Source: Obrimoposthia wandeli
Lineage: Eukaryota
Direction: 5' to 3'
Length of the DNA stretch: 51,827 bases
NCBI GenBank assembly: GCA_977020255.1
Contig: CDROCS010001208.1
Coordinates: forward strand, 1-51,827
A model generated the notes under the pieces. It was not told the origin of the DNA, did not search any database, and saw only the letters and a list, made by a program, of their open reading frames with translations. Numbering within the stretch: the stretch's first letter is position 1; every line of letters begins with the position of its first letter. A program made the position numbers and the translations under genes. Below, piece by piece: positions 1 to 10,829 of the stretch.

Positions 1-339
1 GTTTACCAGCTTGTGTTTTAGCTCGAAACATATCAAGAAGTGGCTTTTATGCTGTTTAATTTATTGGGGATTTTTAACAGATATTTTACCGGAAACTATT
101 TTCTGGAGTCATATTTAGCATATCATCAATTACAAACGTAGGAAAAGATTTAAGAATAGCAGGTCGTCGATTTGTGGGTGCACATCAAGAAAATTGAAAT
201 AAGCAATACTCCTAGATTTCTTATCTGATTTCGGAACAACTATTTGTTTCATATTGTTTCGTTCGTTTAGCACTGATTTAAATAATCTCTTAACTTCAGG
301 TTTAATAATTTCCTTTTGAAAGTCATCATCGTGAAACTT

Positions 340-976
340 GTTTTTCATTTGTTTATAGATGCTATTACCATTAGGATTGAACATATCAGTTTTAATTCTT
401 AATTCATCGGGACAATCTTGGTAAAATCAATGAAAATGTATCCATGAGGAGTAGTAGTAGCATCTTGAAATGATTCGATTAAAAATTTCTATTATTGGAT
501 GACTTGACGTGAAACAAAATCAACAACGGTTTGATCACATTAGTTCTTGAAAAGAACAAGGAATAATGTGCATTCGGAAATTTCACGAGTTCTGGAGATT
601 ACCACCTGATGTAATAGATTTTGTGTAATGAAAATAACAGTCACTTCGCGATGTCTTGCTATTTTTAGTGAATAAATTATTGAAATCACTCTCTTTGTTT
701 GCTTCCTGATACAAATCATCAATAACAATAACATCATGACGTTATAATCGATCAGACCAATTATCATCAAACCCATTTATGCTTTTATATTTTTTGATTT
801 TATTAAATTCCATCTTCATTAGTCAGCTTCGCCATCTCCACCCCTGATGCCAATATATCTTATTAAACTTGAATTAAAATATTTATTATTTTGAAGTAAT
901 TTACAAATAAAATGAGTTTTCCCACTTTTCCGCTAGGTCCTACAATTTGGAAAACCGCATTATTTTTCAATTCCAT
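340..976 (-). pseudogene. Polinton A32-like DNA-packaging ATPase, frameshifted
   Basis: Manual translation gives MELKNNAVFQIVGPSG..GKT (Walker A), ..VIDDLYQEANK (Walker B), ARHREVTVIFITQNLLHQ, LVLFKN, and PHGYIFIDFTKSCPDELRIKTDMF. Confidence 0.8.
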
Positions 977-1189
977 ATTAAACAATCAGTGTAATAGGAT
1001 AATGTTTATAAGACATAAATATATCAAAAGTAATTTATTACTAAAACATAGACAGTTCATAAACAAACATTTACATAGATTCACAGAATCGATTAAAAAT
1101 ACGGATTTGAGAACACATAATATCCGTTGGTGTAGCAATACTACGCCTGAATTTAACAAGGTGAGAAGCAATACTAACAGGCATGAAAA

Positions 1190-1476
1190 GAGATAAAATG
1201 CATTACAATACCCACAGAGATCAATCCCATAATGTCCACAAACTAAAACATTTCCTCCGTTTTCGATATTTTCCTGAATAATACTATTAGTTAGTTTATA
1301 ATACTTCATCACTGTTTCTCTCTTTTTGATGAAAACAGATGTAAACTTTAGTTCTTTATATTGAATATGATCTGGAAAATGTATTGATAACATGAGTAAA
1401 TCGGATTTAGTAGACTAGTTTTATGTTAGTACATGCGATAATTACCAATATAAAGTTTGTCTGTTAGTTCACTCAT
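1190..1476 (-). pseudogene. Dual-specificity phosphatase (DUSP)-like remnant
   Basis: Across frameshifts: MSELTDKLYIGN, FTHVIN, and IIQENIENGGNVLVCGHYGI. The catalytic HCx5R motif is not intact. Confidence 0.6.
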
Positions 1477-1929
1477 TTTTGTCCTGACTAAGTTTCTTTA
1501 TAAAGTTGACAATATCTAGAATTAAACAATCTATTAAAAAAGACGTCTCATATGGTTCATTTCCATACTAGAAGCATCGGTTATTATATGCTCTATTAAA
1601 TCTAATCCATTTAAAAATTTCAATCGTGCTCTTCAATAACCATAGCATCTTCTGTTCTTGGCGGTGTCACTGCTTCTACAGTTCTGTTTCTTCATTTGCT
1701 TTTTCATCTTTTAAGATTATATTATATAATAAGGAATTACTTTGATTGCGGTATGAGACACATTATCTGGAGTAGATTTAATTGGAACATCATCATCAAC
1801 AATCACTTCATTCATCTTTATATTAGAACTAAATAAGCTTTGTTTATATAAAATAAATCAATATAAATGCAAATCACACTTGGTGAATAAGAAAATACAA
1901 GTATGAGAAGATATATTATACAAAATTGT

Positions 1930-2388
1930 TTCAATAAAATATTCATAGTCTAAAGTTTTTTATACCTAATATCATAATCTTGCCGCTTGCAATATTTACG
2001 CATAGTTATATGATATATCGCAGTCCTGGAAATATTTCTGGTTCATAGACAGCTTCAATTCCCATGCTTTTGCTCAGCTTGCTCAGGTTTAATAGCATTG
2101 AAATTTGTACTAACAGTAATTGATTGTATTCTTTCAATTTTTATATTAAATGGCAACTTGCTTTCATCTAATTTTGCTTTACAACCCATTATTCTACACG
2201 AGCCTAAATATTATAATTAATATTTTAATATAAAATTTTATACCAGTTTTGAAAATTATTATCGTATAATCTTCGCATTTGTGTCGATACTGATGCGGTT
2301 TTGAAGTGCGAAATGGTAAATCCTTGATACAACCTTTGACCTTTCCCTTATAATTAATATTCACTAATTTAATATTGTGAAGAAACAT
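1930..2388 (-). pseudogene. Divergent TATA-binding-protein-like gene with a 40-nt intron (2204-2243), disrupted
   Basis: Exon 1 ends TIIIFKT. Removing the GT-AG intron restores G-SCRIMGCK. Downstream are IQSITVS and, after a frameshift, YEPEIFPGLRY..LCVNIASGKIMILG, resembling both TBP repeats. Confidence 0.7.
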
Positions 2389-2530
2389 GTTTTAATAATA
2401 TAAACAAGTTCAGTCTTTTATACTTAATTGAAAAATCAATATTATTGTTATCCAATTAGAATAGAGAATTATAGTATAAACAATTGATTATTTTATATTA
2501 TTATCTGAAATAATTATGTATATCGCCAAT

Positions 2531-2865
2531 ATGAATGAGGAAGATCTTTATCAACTAGTTCATAATTATTACGCATATGATATGCACTTTTTCCTCAGAA
2601 TTATAATTTTATTTTCCCTGCTAGTGTAGAGAAGCTTAAATTTGACTATCAGGTTTCAAATTTGAATTCAGTAGATTTAGACCGCATCAATAACTTTTTC
2701 AAAAAACTTGGAATCAAATATCAAATTCAAGAAAACAAATTTATAATCAAAGGAAAGGAAGCTATTTTCAAGCGTGAGAATGGAATTATTTTTAATGAAA
2801 TTTATGCAACAAAAGCAATGGTCTCTATGCATAAGAATTCAAGGATACAAAGTCAGTACCTGTAG
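2531..2865 (+). pseudogene. Unknown ORF remnant inside the Polinton, divergent from the TBP-like gene
   Basis: MNEEDLYQLVHNYY at 2531 and the 67-aa ORF 2662-2865 look like pieces of one broken frame. No family recognised. Confidence 0.25.
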
Positions 2866-4008
2866 AATTGTAACCCCGGTATGGAAGATTATTGATGGAA
2901 TGTTGACTGAATTTTAATGATTTAATAAATTCTTATGTAATTTACATATTTTATATCAGATTTTTATAAGAATTATTTGTGAGGTATTAAAGATCAAACA
3001 CACGCTCACACACGTATTAATATAAATATGATGTAACATTATTTTAAAAATACAAAATACATACATTTAAAATTATCATTGGAGTCAAAGACAATAAATA
3101 TTAAATAAAGAAGAAAACTCATAAAATAACTAAAATTTATTTTAAAAACAAAAGTCTAAAGAGGACTGATGATGCATTCTCATGTAGATCCATCTACTTC
3201 CAACTTGGGTGTGGAAGGATATTAAGGGTTTCATCACTCAGAAGCAGAGAAATCGGGTTGTTCTCTAGGCTCCAGTGCTTCTTTCTTGAAGGGCTTGATC
3301 AGTTCTATTTTTCTTCCAGTGAACAGGCATATAAATATAGCAAACTAACATTGTGTCTCTTATTGATTCCAATTTAAAATAATGACAAGAAATGAAAGAA
3401 TGATTTCTTATATAATCTTCTTGAACAATTTAATTGGTTTAACATCTGCACATGTATTGACATTTAGTTACGTAAGATACAAGCTTTGTATATGAAAAGT
3501 CAAGGTTCATACTAAAATGTATTCATTTAATGAAATAATTTCAACATTAAATATGTTGTTAATTATTATTTAGATAATAGTTTAATAACTTTAAAATTAA
3601 TACTATAAGAATATTACTGCAACTGTATATTAACTACTATTTACTATATACATTAATTTTGATTTAACAAGTAATAGATTTAATTCATATTCACAACTGC
3701 GTAAAAATAATCTAGTTTATAATTATTTGACTAATTGTAAATTTCTATGTTAAAGTTTATTTCTAAAAATATTATTTTGAATGTTAAAATTTTCTTTTTA
3801 AAAATTTCAATGTAAATTATTATTCTGAAAATTTATAAGTTAAAACTTTCTTTATAAAAAAGTTTAAAAATATTTCTTTCAAAATTTTAATTGTTTCAAA
3901 AAATAAAAAATAAATAAAAAAAAATCGCAAAAATTTAAAGATTAAAAAAAAAATGTCGAAAATTTTGATAATTAAAACAAAAATTCGAATAGTAAAACAA
4001 AATTGTGA

Positions 4009-4134
4009 CACGTGGCGTGGTTGCCATGGCAACACCAACGACGTAACACATATACACTTATGATGCAACACACACACGGTCATGTCGCAATGCACACATA
4101 CTTATGACGTAATACACATTTGTTTATGACGTAA
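4009..4134. promoter_or_regulatory. Transcription-factor site cluster near the candidate Polinton terminus
   Basis: CACGTG at 4009-4014, perfect palindrome GTTGCCATGGCAAC at 4020-4033, and TGACGTAA at 4105-4112 and 4127-4134. Confidence 0.5.
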
Positions 4135-5390
4135 TACACACATACATATGTATACATGTTATTACATCATACACACCTTCACTTATGCTGGCACCCCCCT
4201 TCTCTCAAATGCCACATCACCCTACTCTCTTTGTTTGCAATGTGTTTGGAAGTAGCTTAATATTGGTTACCCTATGACGCTTAGTAACTAATTTTTAATA
4301 TTAGATTTCTGTCTAATTTGTAAATATATTATAAACGTAATAACACGGCACAATTCATATTTTGGTGATTAAATATTACAATAAAATTCTAGTACAGAAC
4401 TTTCAAATATGCTAATCAAAACATTCCAGCATGTTTAGATTTTTGTCAAAAGGAAAATATTTATTTTTAAATTATTCTCCATATATTACGCAATACATGC
4501 ATGAAGTTACTATAAATTATACAATATGTAAAGGAACATACTAATTTAAATGCAACATTTCATTTTTATGACGATAATTTATCGATTTTCGAATTTCTAT
4601 TTTTGTTTAAAATCTCTATGTGGTAGAAGAATTTTAAGTGTAAATATGAAATCAGAGTAATCAATGGATTTATTAATAAACAAATAAATTTAAAATGTAT
4701 CCAAAAAAATTATGAGCATCTTTGAAGAACATTTTATACGTTTCCATCGAGATATTACTGGAATGGAATGACGCTATAAAGAGCAATGGAATTGAAATAT
4801 GATGGCTGATTACTGCTTGAGTTTAAATTTTAAAAAGTCTCAACCAAATTGCAACAGACAATCAAAAATTAAATCTTTTACTAATTAAAATTTTGAAACA
4901 TATAGTATTTTTGAGAAAAGTGGATAGGATACAGATTAAAGGGTGATTTTGTTGGAATCAATATAAAAATTTATCCAGACTCATGATTATAAAAAATCAG
5001 AAAGAAATTTATATTTTGTTGTCCAGTGTTATTATTTATTTGCTGCACAAGAAATGTTTCTAAATGTAATATTCAGTAAGTGAAGTATGGGGACATCTTA
5101 TTTGTTAACAGTATAATATCAAGTGGAAAATGTGACAATGGTCTTCATTGTAGCTGTATTGGATACATCAATTTATCAAGCCGTATATGAACCGAAAGTA
5201 AAGAAAGGGATTTGGTATCTATTGAAGTTAGAGATGAAAGTGAGTAATGTTGTATTAATTGTTTAGTTTTTCTTCAAAATAACTTGTAATTTCATTTTAA
5301 GTTTTTATATATTAATATTTCTCCGATCCGCCTTTTCGGTGGTGTATAGTTTTATTTGCATTGTTTTTGGTGACCCTCTAAATGTTGTAG

Positions 5391-5540
5391 GGTGATGACG
5401 GTTGGTTCTATATCGACAACCAACTTGTGATTAAACTTTCAAATATGAAAATGGACCTTCCGCATGGTGGATTCGTGGGTATCGGGACTGACAAATACGG
5501 GTATGCAATGTTCAAGGACTTCGCTGTCAACGGTGAATGA
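5391..5540 (+). pseudogene. Orphan terminal exon resembling the galactocerebrosidase (GH59) C-terminus
   Basis: TGTAG acceptor, then GDDGWFYIDNQLVIKLSNMKMDLPHGGFVGIGTDKYGYAMFKDFAVNGE*, similar to the GALC tail GWAAIGT..FAQFDNF. No upstream exons recognised. Confidence 0.5.
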
Positions 5541-6005
5541 ATCACTACTCATTACATCGACATAGTTTGTATTTCTCAAGGTTTTTATTTGTTTGAAATG
5601 TAATTAAGAAGTATTTTGATATCCCGTGATGGTACAAAGAAATTTAATGCACATTAACTGATTTGGATGAGCATGTTATCGAAATATAGTTTTTTGTTAT
5701 AACTCTTTTTAAATATCATTTGCTAATTTAACACTCAGAAAAAAACACACAAATCAAAAAATTTAAGCTGCATTATATGGTTTTTATATTTTTAAATGCG
5801 TTACAATTGGTATTATACAATGTTTTTGTTTCTGTTTTAATATGCATAACAGAGATGCAACCAGCTGGTACTGGCCGATAAATTACTCCTTTTTTTAAAT
5901 ATTCAATTTCTTTTAGTAGTATTTGAAAAAATAGTTTAGATTTTTATTTGAAAAAATCATTTTATTGAAGCATTAACAATATGTTATTTTACTTACGTTA
6001 TTTCC

Positions 6006-7345
6006 TCTTCGTATCCGGTATATAGCCCTTTTGGCACATTTTATCATGATCTCAAAGACCTCTCCAAAATGTGGTACATGTGGTGGGTTGAAGACCCAAC
6101 GTATCTCCTCCTTTACTAACTCCTTTTGAATCTGATAACCGTCCCGTATCAATTCGCTCACTTCATTCACCGCCCCTACAAAATTTGTGCCATTATCCGA
6201 GATTATCATTTGTGGTCTCCCTCTTCTTCCTAAAAATTATTTTAATGCCCTAATAAACCCATCGATATCCAAACCATAAGCCATCTCTAAATGAATGGCC
6301 TGCGTTTGTAAGTATGTAAAAGGCAAAGGTATATCTTAGTCCTCACTATTCCACGTCCTTCCTTTGTGATGAATGGTCCTGCAAAATCCACTCCGACGTT
6401 TGCAAAGGCCCTTAACGGTATTTCGAATCTGAATGCCGGCAAGGAAGCCATCTCTTTGACCATCCCTGCGACTTTACCTTTATTGCAGTCGAAGCATTCT
6501 CGCTCTATTTCTTTGATTACTCTTTGTACTTTAGGAATCCAATATTTATTTTGGCTCTCATTCGGTATATTCTGTACTCTGGCGTAATGCCGTAACCTCT
6601 CGTGTGTATCCTTTATGATTAATCTAGTCAGCCAACTCTTTTCTGATAACAAAATGAGATATTTTGTGTCATTATCTAAAAACTCCGCATTCATAATTTG
6701 GGTATTGGCTCTGATTATTTCTATTTCATCAACCCACGGTTTCAACTTTAGTAATGAGCTTGTTATCTCAATCTCTTTCTTCTTTATTAACCGTTGGTAT
6801 TCCTTGCAGAAATACTGAATTTGTTCATGCTTTATCAACAACTGCATCCCTTTTTCCACTTCATCCATTTTCAGCTCGCCTACAAGTCTGCGATTTTGAG
6901 GTAACTTTATATTTCGTGCAAATCTTAGTATCCCAGCTAAGACTCTCTTCAATCTCGTTAAGTCGGAATAAGTCTCTATTTTCAATCTTCCTGTATGAAC
7001 ATTGTTACTTCCTTGTACCGTTTCTTTTTCTTTTAATCTGACTGTATTTCTTCTAAGTCTAAATTATCAATCGCATCGTCACTTTGCCTGCGTATTCATT
7101 ACGCATGTATACTACTGCGCCATACCTTAAAGTTATCTGCGTTTACTTGGGTTACGATTTGAGCCATTAACGGCGAAGCATTTATTCCAAAGACTACTTT
7201 CTGAAATCCATACATATCCCTCAGGTTCTCTCTATTTTTCCCTAAAAACCTTAGCCATGGGCGGTCTTCCTTACATACCTTCATATGTAAATACATCTTT
7301 GAAATGTCACACACTAACGCTATTACATTCCTTCAAATTCCCTAA
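6006..7345 (-). mobile_element. BEL/Pao LTR-retrotransposon pol fragment (RT piece plus integrase), truncated at 6006
   Basis: CDISKMYLHM..DRPWLRFL..VFGINASP (BEL RT), then THERLRH..CFDC, VGVDFAGPF, SDNGTNFVGA, and PHFGEVFE. Confidence 0.88.
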
Positions 7346-7863
7346 CAGAGAGACCCAAGCACTACATAGGAACTAAAAAGAAATAAAATTTGTTTTTGGA
7401 AATTAAATTCAATAATTTTACTGGACATCCTCCTACGAAGAATACTACAGATAATTATTTTTATTTTTGTGTTAGGTTCATGTATTCATGTGTTAAAATA
7501 TTGAAGTTTTAATTTATGTAACTCTCAGAATATTTAGCCCCCTGGTCATTTTTATTTGTATGTATTAAAATTAAATTACAATTTTTGTATTTAATAGAGC
7601 CCAACATATACTAGAGATATGAAATTAATTGATAATAAAATATTTCATTTTATAGAATATAATTAGATTAAAAATATTGGATATGCTTCTTTGTACTTTC
7701 TTCATTTAAAAAATGTGCGTGTTTAATATCTTTATATTCAAAGTCATTTAAGTTTACTTTTACTTCGAACTACAGACTTGATTAATTTATTCACTTTTTA
7801 TCTTACTGATTCTTTTTCTTGATCTCTTATGCTTTACTTTTTCTTTGCATTTACGTTTTACTA

Positions 7864-8510
7864 TCAACTTCTTAAAATGCAATGCAAATTATTTTTTTCT
7901 TTTTGTTTATAAACAGTTACTCCCTTAGAATTAAATATATATGTTAAAACACGTAAATCATATAAGCAGGCTTGTGTAAATTCAATAAATATATATCCAT
8001 GTGCTTGTTTATCAGCATCATGGAATGAATGAACTAGAAAGTTTTTATTTTGGGTAAAAGCTTGTCTGGCCACGAAATCTACAACTGTTTGATCTCTCGA
8101 ATTTTTAAATAATACTAAGTAATGTATATTAAAATATCTTGATCTATGATGACATCCTTGATGAAAAAGATTTTGAGTGATAAATATATCTGTTACTTCA
8201 CGATGTCTTGCAATCTTTGTAAATAAATTATTAAAGTTCGATTCCTTGTTAGCTTCTTGATACTAATCATCAATAATTAATATATTTTATTTCTTCAATC
8301 TTTCGCACAAGTCGTATCAAATCCTTCAATAAATATTATTACCTTCAACTTGCAAACTTCTGTTTGGTCTATCCCACTTTCCCCTCTTCCACCATGATAC
8401 TAAAAAAATATTTTTAAAACTGGAATTGAAAATAGTTTCATTTTGTAACAATTTCCTGGGATCCACTTTCCACTGGGATCAACTATTTGAAATACGGTAT
8501 TTTTATTCAT
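7864..8510 (-). pseudogene. Second Polinton A32-like ATPase remnant
   Basis: MNKNTVFQIVDPSG (degenerate Walker A), LIIDD*YQEANKESNFNNLFTKIARHREVTDIFITQNLFHQG, YLVLFKNSRDQ, and AHGYIFIEFTQ. Confidence 0.82.
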
Positions 8511-8559
8511 CTTCTTTACATCTAGACTTTCATATAACAATTTATTTTCAATATTCGAT

Positions 8560-9040
8560 TCAACAGCGTATTGATAATCCAAATTTATCAATCTCAAAAT
8601 CATAAGTTTCCCACTGAAAAATATATTTACACATAGCGGTGTAAACGTCAAATATCTGAGTGCAGGAAACTTTTCAGGTTCAAACATGCATCGTTCTTTC
8701 ATTTTCTCTGTAATTTTATAAAGATTTATTGGTTTCCCAAGATTTTATGAAACTATGATTGATTGTTTGGCGCCGATTTGAATTCCAAAGAGTAAATTGA
8801 TCTAATTCAATGGTGTTTTGCATCCCATAACACGACAACTTCCTAAAAAATTCAATATGAAAATAAAATAAAAACTAACTTGAGGGAAGCAAACCAACTG
8901 TTTCGATACTGAGAAGACCCACTCTTCTCAACGAGACATTAAACAATGAGGAAGTATAATATACTGGTATATACGGATTGGCATAAAATGATTCTTCATA
9001 ACTTGTTAAGCTTATATTGCTCCAAATACTTTTTAGTATT
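8560..9040 (-). pseudogene. Second TBP-like remnant with a 37-nt intron (8843-8879)
   Basis: TVG(L/I)(L/F)PS, intron, SCRVMGCK, QSIIVS, NLGKPINLYK, and MFEPEKFPALRYLTFTPLCVNIFFSGKLMILRL. In-frame stops are present. Confidence 0.65.
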
Positions 9041-9205
9041 CAGAAACGAAAAACTAAATTCATTTCAATAAAATTCTTTCAACAATTGAGGATATTTATA
9101 AATTTATTTTCAACCAATACATTATTACAAAAAAATATTTAGATACAATTGAATTTTCTGAACAGATAATACATAATTTTAATACAAAATTTATCAAATC
9201 ATAGA

Positions 9206-10075
9206 ATGGATTCATGTATCATTTGTACTGGAGAGCTAGAGGATGATGAAGTTTGTGTGACTGAGTGCAGACACTATTTCCACACCGAGTGTCTCAAGGT
9301 ATGGATGCTAGTCAACTGTAGCTGTCCATTTGAACGAAATGAATTGCAGTACATCTTCATTTGTCAAAATGGCACTGAGAGCCGAGTTAGAGTGGCCACA
9401 CTTCTGCGGAAAGAATGGGAAGGATTGTGCAGAGAGATTGTGGAGGATACGAAAGCGAAGTGTTCGGTCTTGTATGAGGTGCTGACGACCCAGATGGTGC
9501 TGACCCATGAATTTCTAGAATTAGCTGCACAACAACGGGATCACGGACCGACACTGGAAAAGTGGTTCCATTGTCTTTCGTATTTGTGCAACACTATGCA
9601 AAGCTTCGAGGATGAGTTCACAGAAAACTTCATCAAGGTCCTGGAAACAGAACAGAACTCAGAAGGCTCTGACAGTCTGGAGTCGTCTTTGAATTGCATG
9701 AAAGATGTGCAAGAACAGCTGTTATCTCTTGTACACATCTGCAGCGTGTTAGGAGCCATAGGTGGCGATTTGGACCGGGTCCGATCTTTGTGTCAAGATT
9801 TAGAACTACTGGTCGACATCACACGGGAAGGTGTACTCGATCTCAAGATCTACTTCCTCACGACGAAGCTGCCAACTCAGCTGAGAGGTAACATGAAAAT
9901 AGTGCTTTTTGGAATAGCTTCAATGCAGCATTGTGCCATGTGCCGAGAAGAAATCGTTGATGTTGAGCGACTCCACGAGAGCCCCAAGACCTTAGGTATT
10001 TGTGGTCACAGGATCTGTCACAACTGTACCCTAGAATTACACGAGTTGGACATATTTTGTCCACATGAAAATTGA
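9206..10075 (+). CDS. Intronless 289-aa double-RING protein, putative E3 ubiquitin ligase (copy 1)
   Basis: N-terminal RING-H2-like set C4/C7/C21/H23/H26/C29/C40/E43, C-terminal RING-HC-like set C243/C246/C266/H268/C271/C274/C285/E288, and an acidic, probably helical middle. ATG-to-TGA intact, with AATAAA at 10113-10118. Confidence 0.85.
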   Translation: MDSCIICTGELEDDEVCVTECRHYFHTECLKVWMLVNCSCPFERNELQYIFICQNGTESRVRVATLLRKEWEGLCREIVEDTKAKCSVLYEVLTTQMVLTHEFLELAAQQRDHGPTLEKWFHCLSYLCNTMQSFEDEFTENFIKVLETEQNSEGSDSLESSLNCMKDVQEQLLSLVHICSVLGAIGGDLDRVRSLCQDLELLVDITREGVLDLKIYFLTTKLPTQLRGNMKIVLFGIASMQHCAMCREEIVDVERLHESPKTLGICGHRICHNCTLELHELDIFCPHEN

Positions 10076-10266
10076 ATTCTTTTGACAAGTACCAAAAAGG
10101 CTTTGTTTTTTTAATAAATTTAGTAATCTTTCTAAAATTACTTTTAATATTATTAAATTGAACAAAGGCAGTTATTTATTTTAATATAACATTATAAATA
10201 ACATGCTTTTAATTTTTTTATTAACAATATATTTAACAATATTTACACTTCAAACCTTTAACTAAC

Positions 10267-10393
10267 CATGTAGTACAGTTGGCGTCCACAAAATGTAAGA
10301 ATACAGGTTGATTTAATCCACTCAATGATGCTGGAGGGGATTTGAGTGTTTTATTTTACACTGCAATAAAAGCCGTTACAATATTTGTTCTAT
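10267..10393 (-). pseudogene. Orphan 127-nt exon resembling the GAIN/GPS region of an adhesion GPCR (other copies at 23254-23380 +, 29147-29273 -, 42147-42273 +)
   Basis: TTTCAG acceptor and GTTAGT donor. Encodes RTNIVTAFIAV*NKTLKSPPASLSGLNQPVFLHFVDANCTT(W), with one in-frame TAA. Confidence 0.45.
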
Positions 10394-10829
10394 CTGAAAT
10401 ACAAATGAATAAAACATTAGGAAAGTGAGAACTTACTAACTATTCATTTTTTATATTTAATACTTGATATATATTTAATGTTAAAAATAAACTATCTTAT
10501 TTAAACTTTTTAGATTTTTTTATTAAATTTTAAATCTAGTGAGGATACAAGTTAAGGGTTATGGAATACTGGCGGGTAATTTTAATACTTTTACCATTTT
10601 TTAATTAATTTTTATTATATTTGAATTTTTATTATTGAAATATTAATTAACTAAATTTTAATTAATTAAAATTTTATAATACATATCCGTTTAATAATAT
10701 AATTTTATTTAAATACACAAATTAATATATTTTATATTTTTACTAAAAATAATGTTAAATAATCAAACATTACCGATAAAACTTTTTCTAAAGTGGGAAA
10801 ATAATGAAAAATTATAAAAACCTAAATAT

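Larger units (their letters stand above)
1..4230 (-). mobile_element. Decayed Polinton/Maverick element, one end only (continues beyond position 1)
   Basis: Contains an A32-like packaging ATPase remnant plus TBP-like and DUSP-like remnants. Ends in ...CCCTACTCTCT at 4230, which reads AGAGAGTAGGG on the other strand, a short-repeat AG terminus typical of Polintons. The opposite end and TSD are not in the window. Confidence 0.65.

Noticed and set aside
3166-3172. CTGATGA hammerhead core motif
   Set aside because: No stem II/GAAA/stem III arrangement follows.
3820-4095. 91-aa ORF (and mirror 51280-51552)
   Set aside because: Low-complexity Phe/Ile/Lys translation of A/T tracts in the terminal region.
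5100-5180. Possible PHD-finger remnant (KCDN..HCSC.G)
   Set aside because: Too short and frameshifted to assign.
9308-10088. Short ORFs overlapping the RING gene (66, 72, 65 and 76 aa) repeated at all four copies
   Set aside because: Shadow frames of a GC-richer CDS. They recur only because the DNA is duplicated and carry no motifs.
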